From Anolis carolinensis (lineage: Eukaryota): 64,000 nt of DNA. Positions 62,924-64,000 of this stretch are shown here, piece after piece; the stretch's first letter is position 1; every line of letters starts with the position of its first letter. The stretch covers positions 319,309,402 to 319,373,401 of the forward strand of contig NC_085841.1 in the NCBI RefSeq assembly GCF_035594765.1, read 5' to 3'. Position numbers and translations under genes: made by a program. Below the pieces are notes generated by a model. The model was not told the origin of the DNA and searched no databases. It saw only the letters and a program-made list of their open reading frames with translations.

Positions 62924-64000
62924 TTTTTTTTTTTTTTTTTTTTTAAATAATTTTTATTAAGTTTTGATGGTTAACATCGGTATAAAAAAAGGGGGGGGGA
63001 AGAATGGGAGGAAAGAGGAGAAGGGGGAAGGGTTGAAAACAAAACGAAGTTTCCATAATAGGGGGATATGGGGAGAGATAGGAAGGGGGGACTGGAGTGA
63101 GGGTGAAGGTGGTAGAAAGGTAGAGGGGAGGGCTCGGCTGGGGGGAGGGAAAGGTTGAAAGGTAGAGAAAGGCTTGAAGGGGGTGGGGGGATTAGAGGAA
63201 GACTTCCGATCGTCTAACTTCCAGTCCATGTTTCACATCAGAGCGTTGTCTCCTGTAGGTAGTTATCTAGTAGTGTCCAGTTTGTTTCCTTCATTGGTTG
63301 TCCCGTAGATTTTTTAAGAAGAAAGGTCAGTCTGTCCATGTTTCTGATGTCCAATAATTTTTCCATCCATTCTTCTTTACTGAGATTTTTCCCTTCTTTC
63401 CAGTTTCTGGCTAGTACTATTCTAGCTGCAGTGATAGCATAAATAAATAGTTTTTGTTTGTTTTCTTTCCCTATTTCTGGGTTATCAATTTTCTCTATTT
63501 TGAAATTATATAGACCTAAAAGGAAGTATTCGGGTTTACATTCAAAATTAACTTTAAGAATTCTTTTACATTCTCTATGGATTATTAACCAAAATTTTTT
63601 AATTATCTTACATCCCCACCACATGTGGAAATATGAGCCCACTTGTTTTCCACAATGCCAACAAATCTTACAGCCGTCTTTATACATAAGGCCTAGTTTT
63701 TTGGGTGTTATATACCACCTGTGTATGGTTTTTAGCCAGTTCTCCTTTAATTCAATAGAGTAACATAATTTCGTATTCTTGTTCCAAATAGTTTCCCATT
63801 CGTCTAACATTATCGGTCTTCCAATATTCCTTGACCAGTTTAGCATCGAATCTTTAATTATGTTCATTTCAGTATTCCATTCTAGTATTTTATTATAGAT
63901 TAGTGTTATAATTTTTTTTTCTCTTTTAAGTAAAATATCCCAGAAGTTAGTGTTTGTGTTGAAGCCAATTTCCTTATCTCTTTTATAGCACTCTTTTAGT
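62924..64000 (-). mobile_element. L1-clade LINE 3' end (runs off the window)
   Basis: Poly(T) at 62924-62944; ORF2 C-terminus 63238-63867 with ICWHCGKQVGSYFHMWWGC and NMDRLTFL shared with the L1 at 53444. Confidence 0.92.

Overview
Repeat-dense vertebrate genomic DNA with no host protein-coding exon I can support, so it is probably intronic or intergenic. The repeat complement strongly suggests a squamate, most likely an Anolis lizard (inference): Sauria SINEs, an L2-tailed tRNA SINE, Penelope, CR1/L2/BovB/L1 fragments, hAT, Tc1-mariner/pogo and Harbinger MITEs, Helitrons and chromovirus LTRs. One assembly gap lies at 53258-53390. The main signal is in five TG...CA LTRs, all on the + strand. 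Four keep an open frame starting at LTR base 2. At 39733-41125 this frame is the direct continuation of a Gypsy integrase (GPY/F motif plus chromodomain). It ends in a conserved F-x-R-[RK]-x13-R-R-S-x-R-[LI]-A motif resembling the HMGN nucleosome-binding core. The fifth LTR encodes a reconstructable 191-aa acidic protein with three tandem helix-acidic-FxGF motifs resembling LEDGF/TFIIS-N-domain binding motifs. Together they suggest LTR-encoded chromatin-tethering peptides (inference). Other features: Penelope-borne minimal hammerhead ribozymes (one intact), a composite hAT carrying retroelement cargo, and tandem Helitrons.
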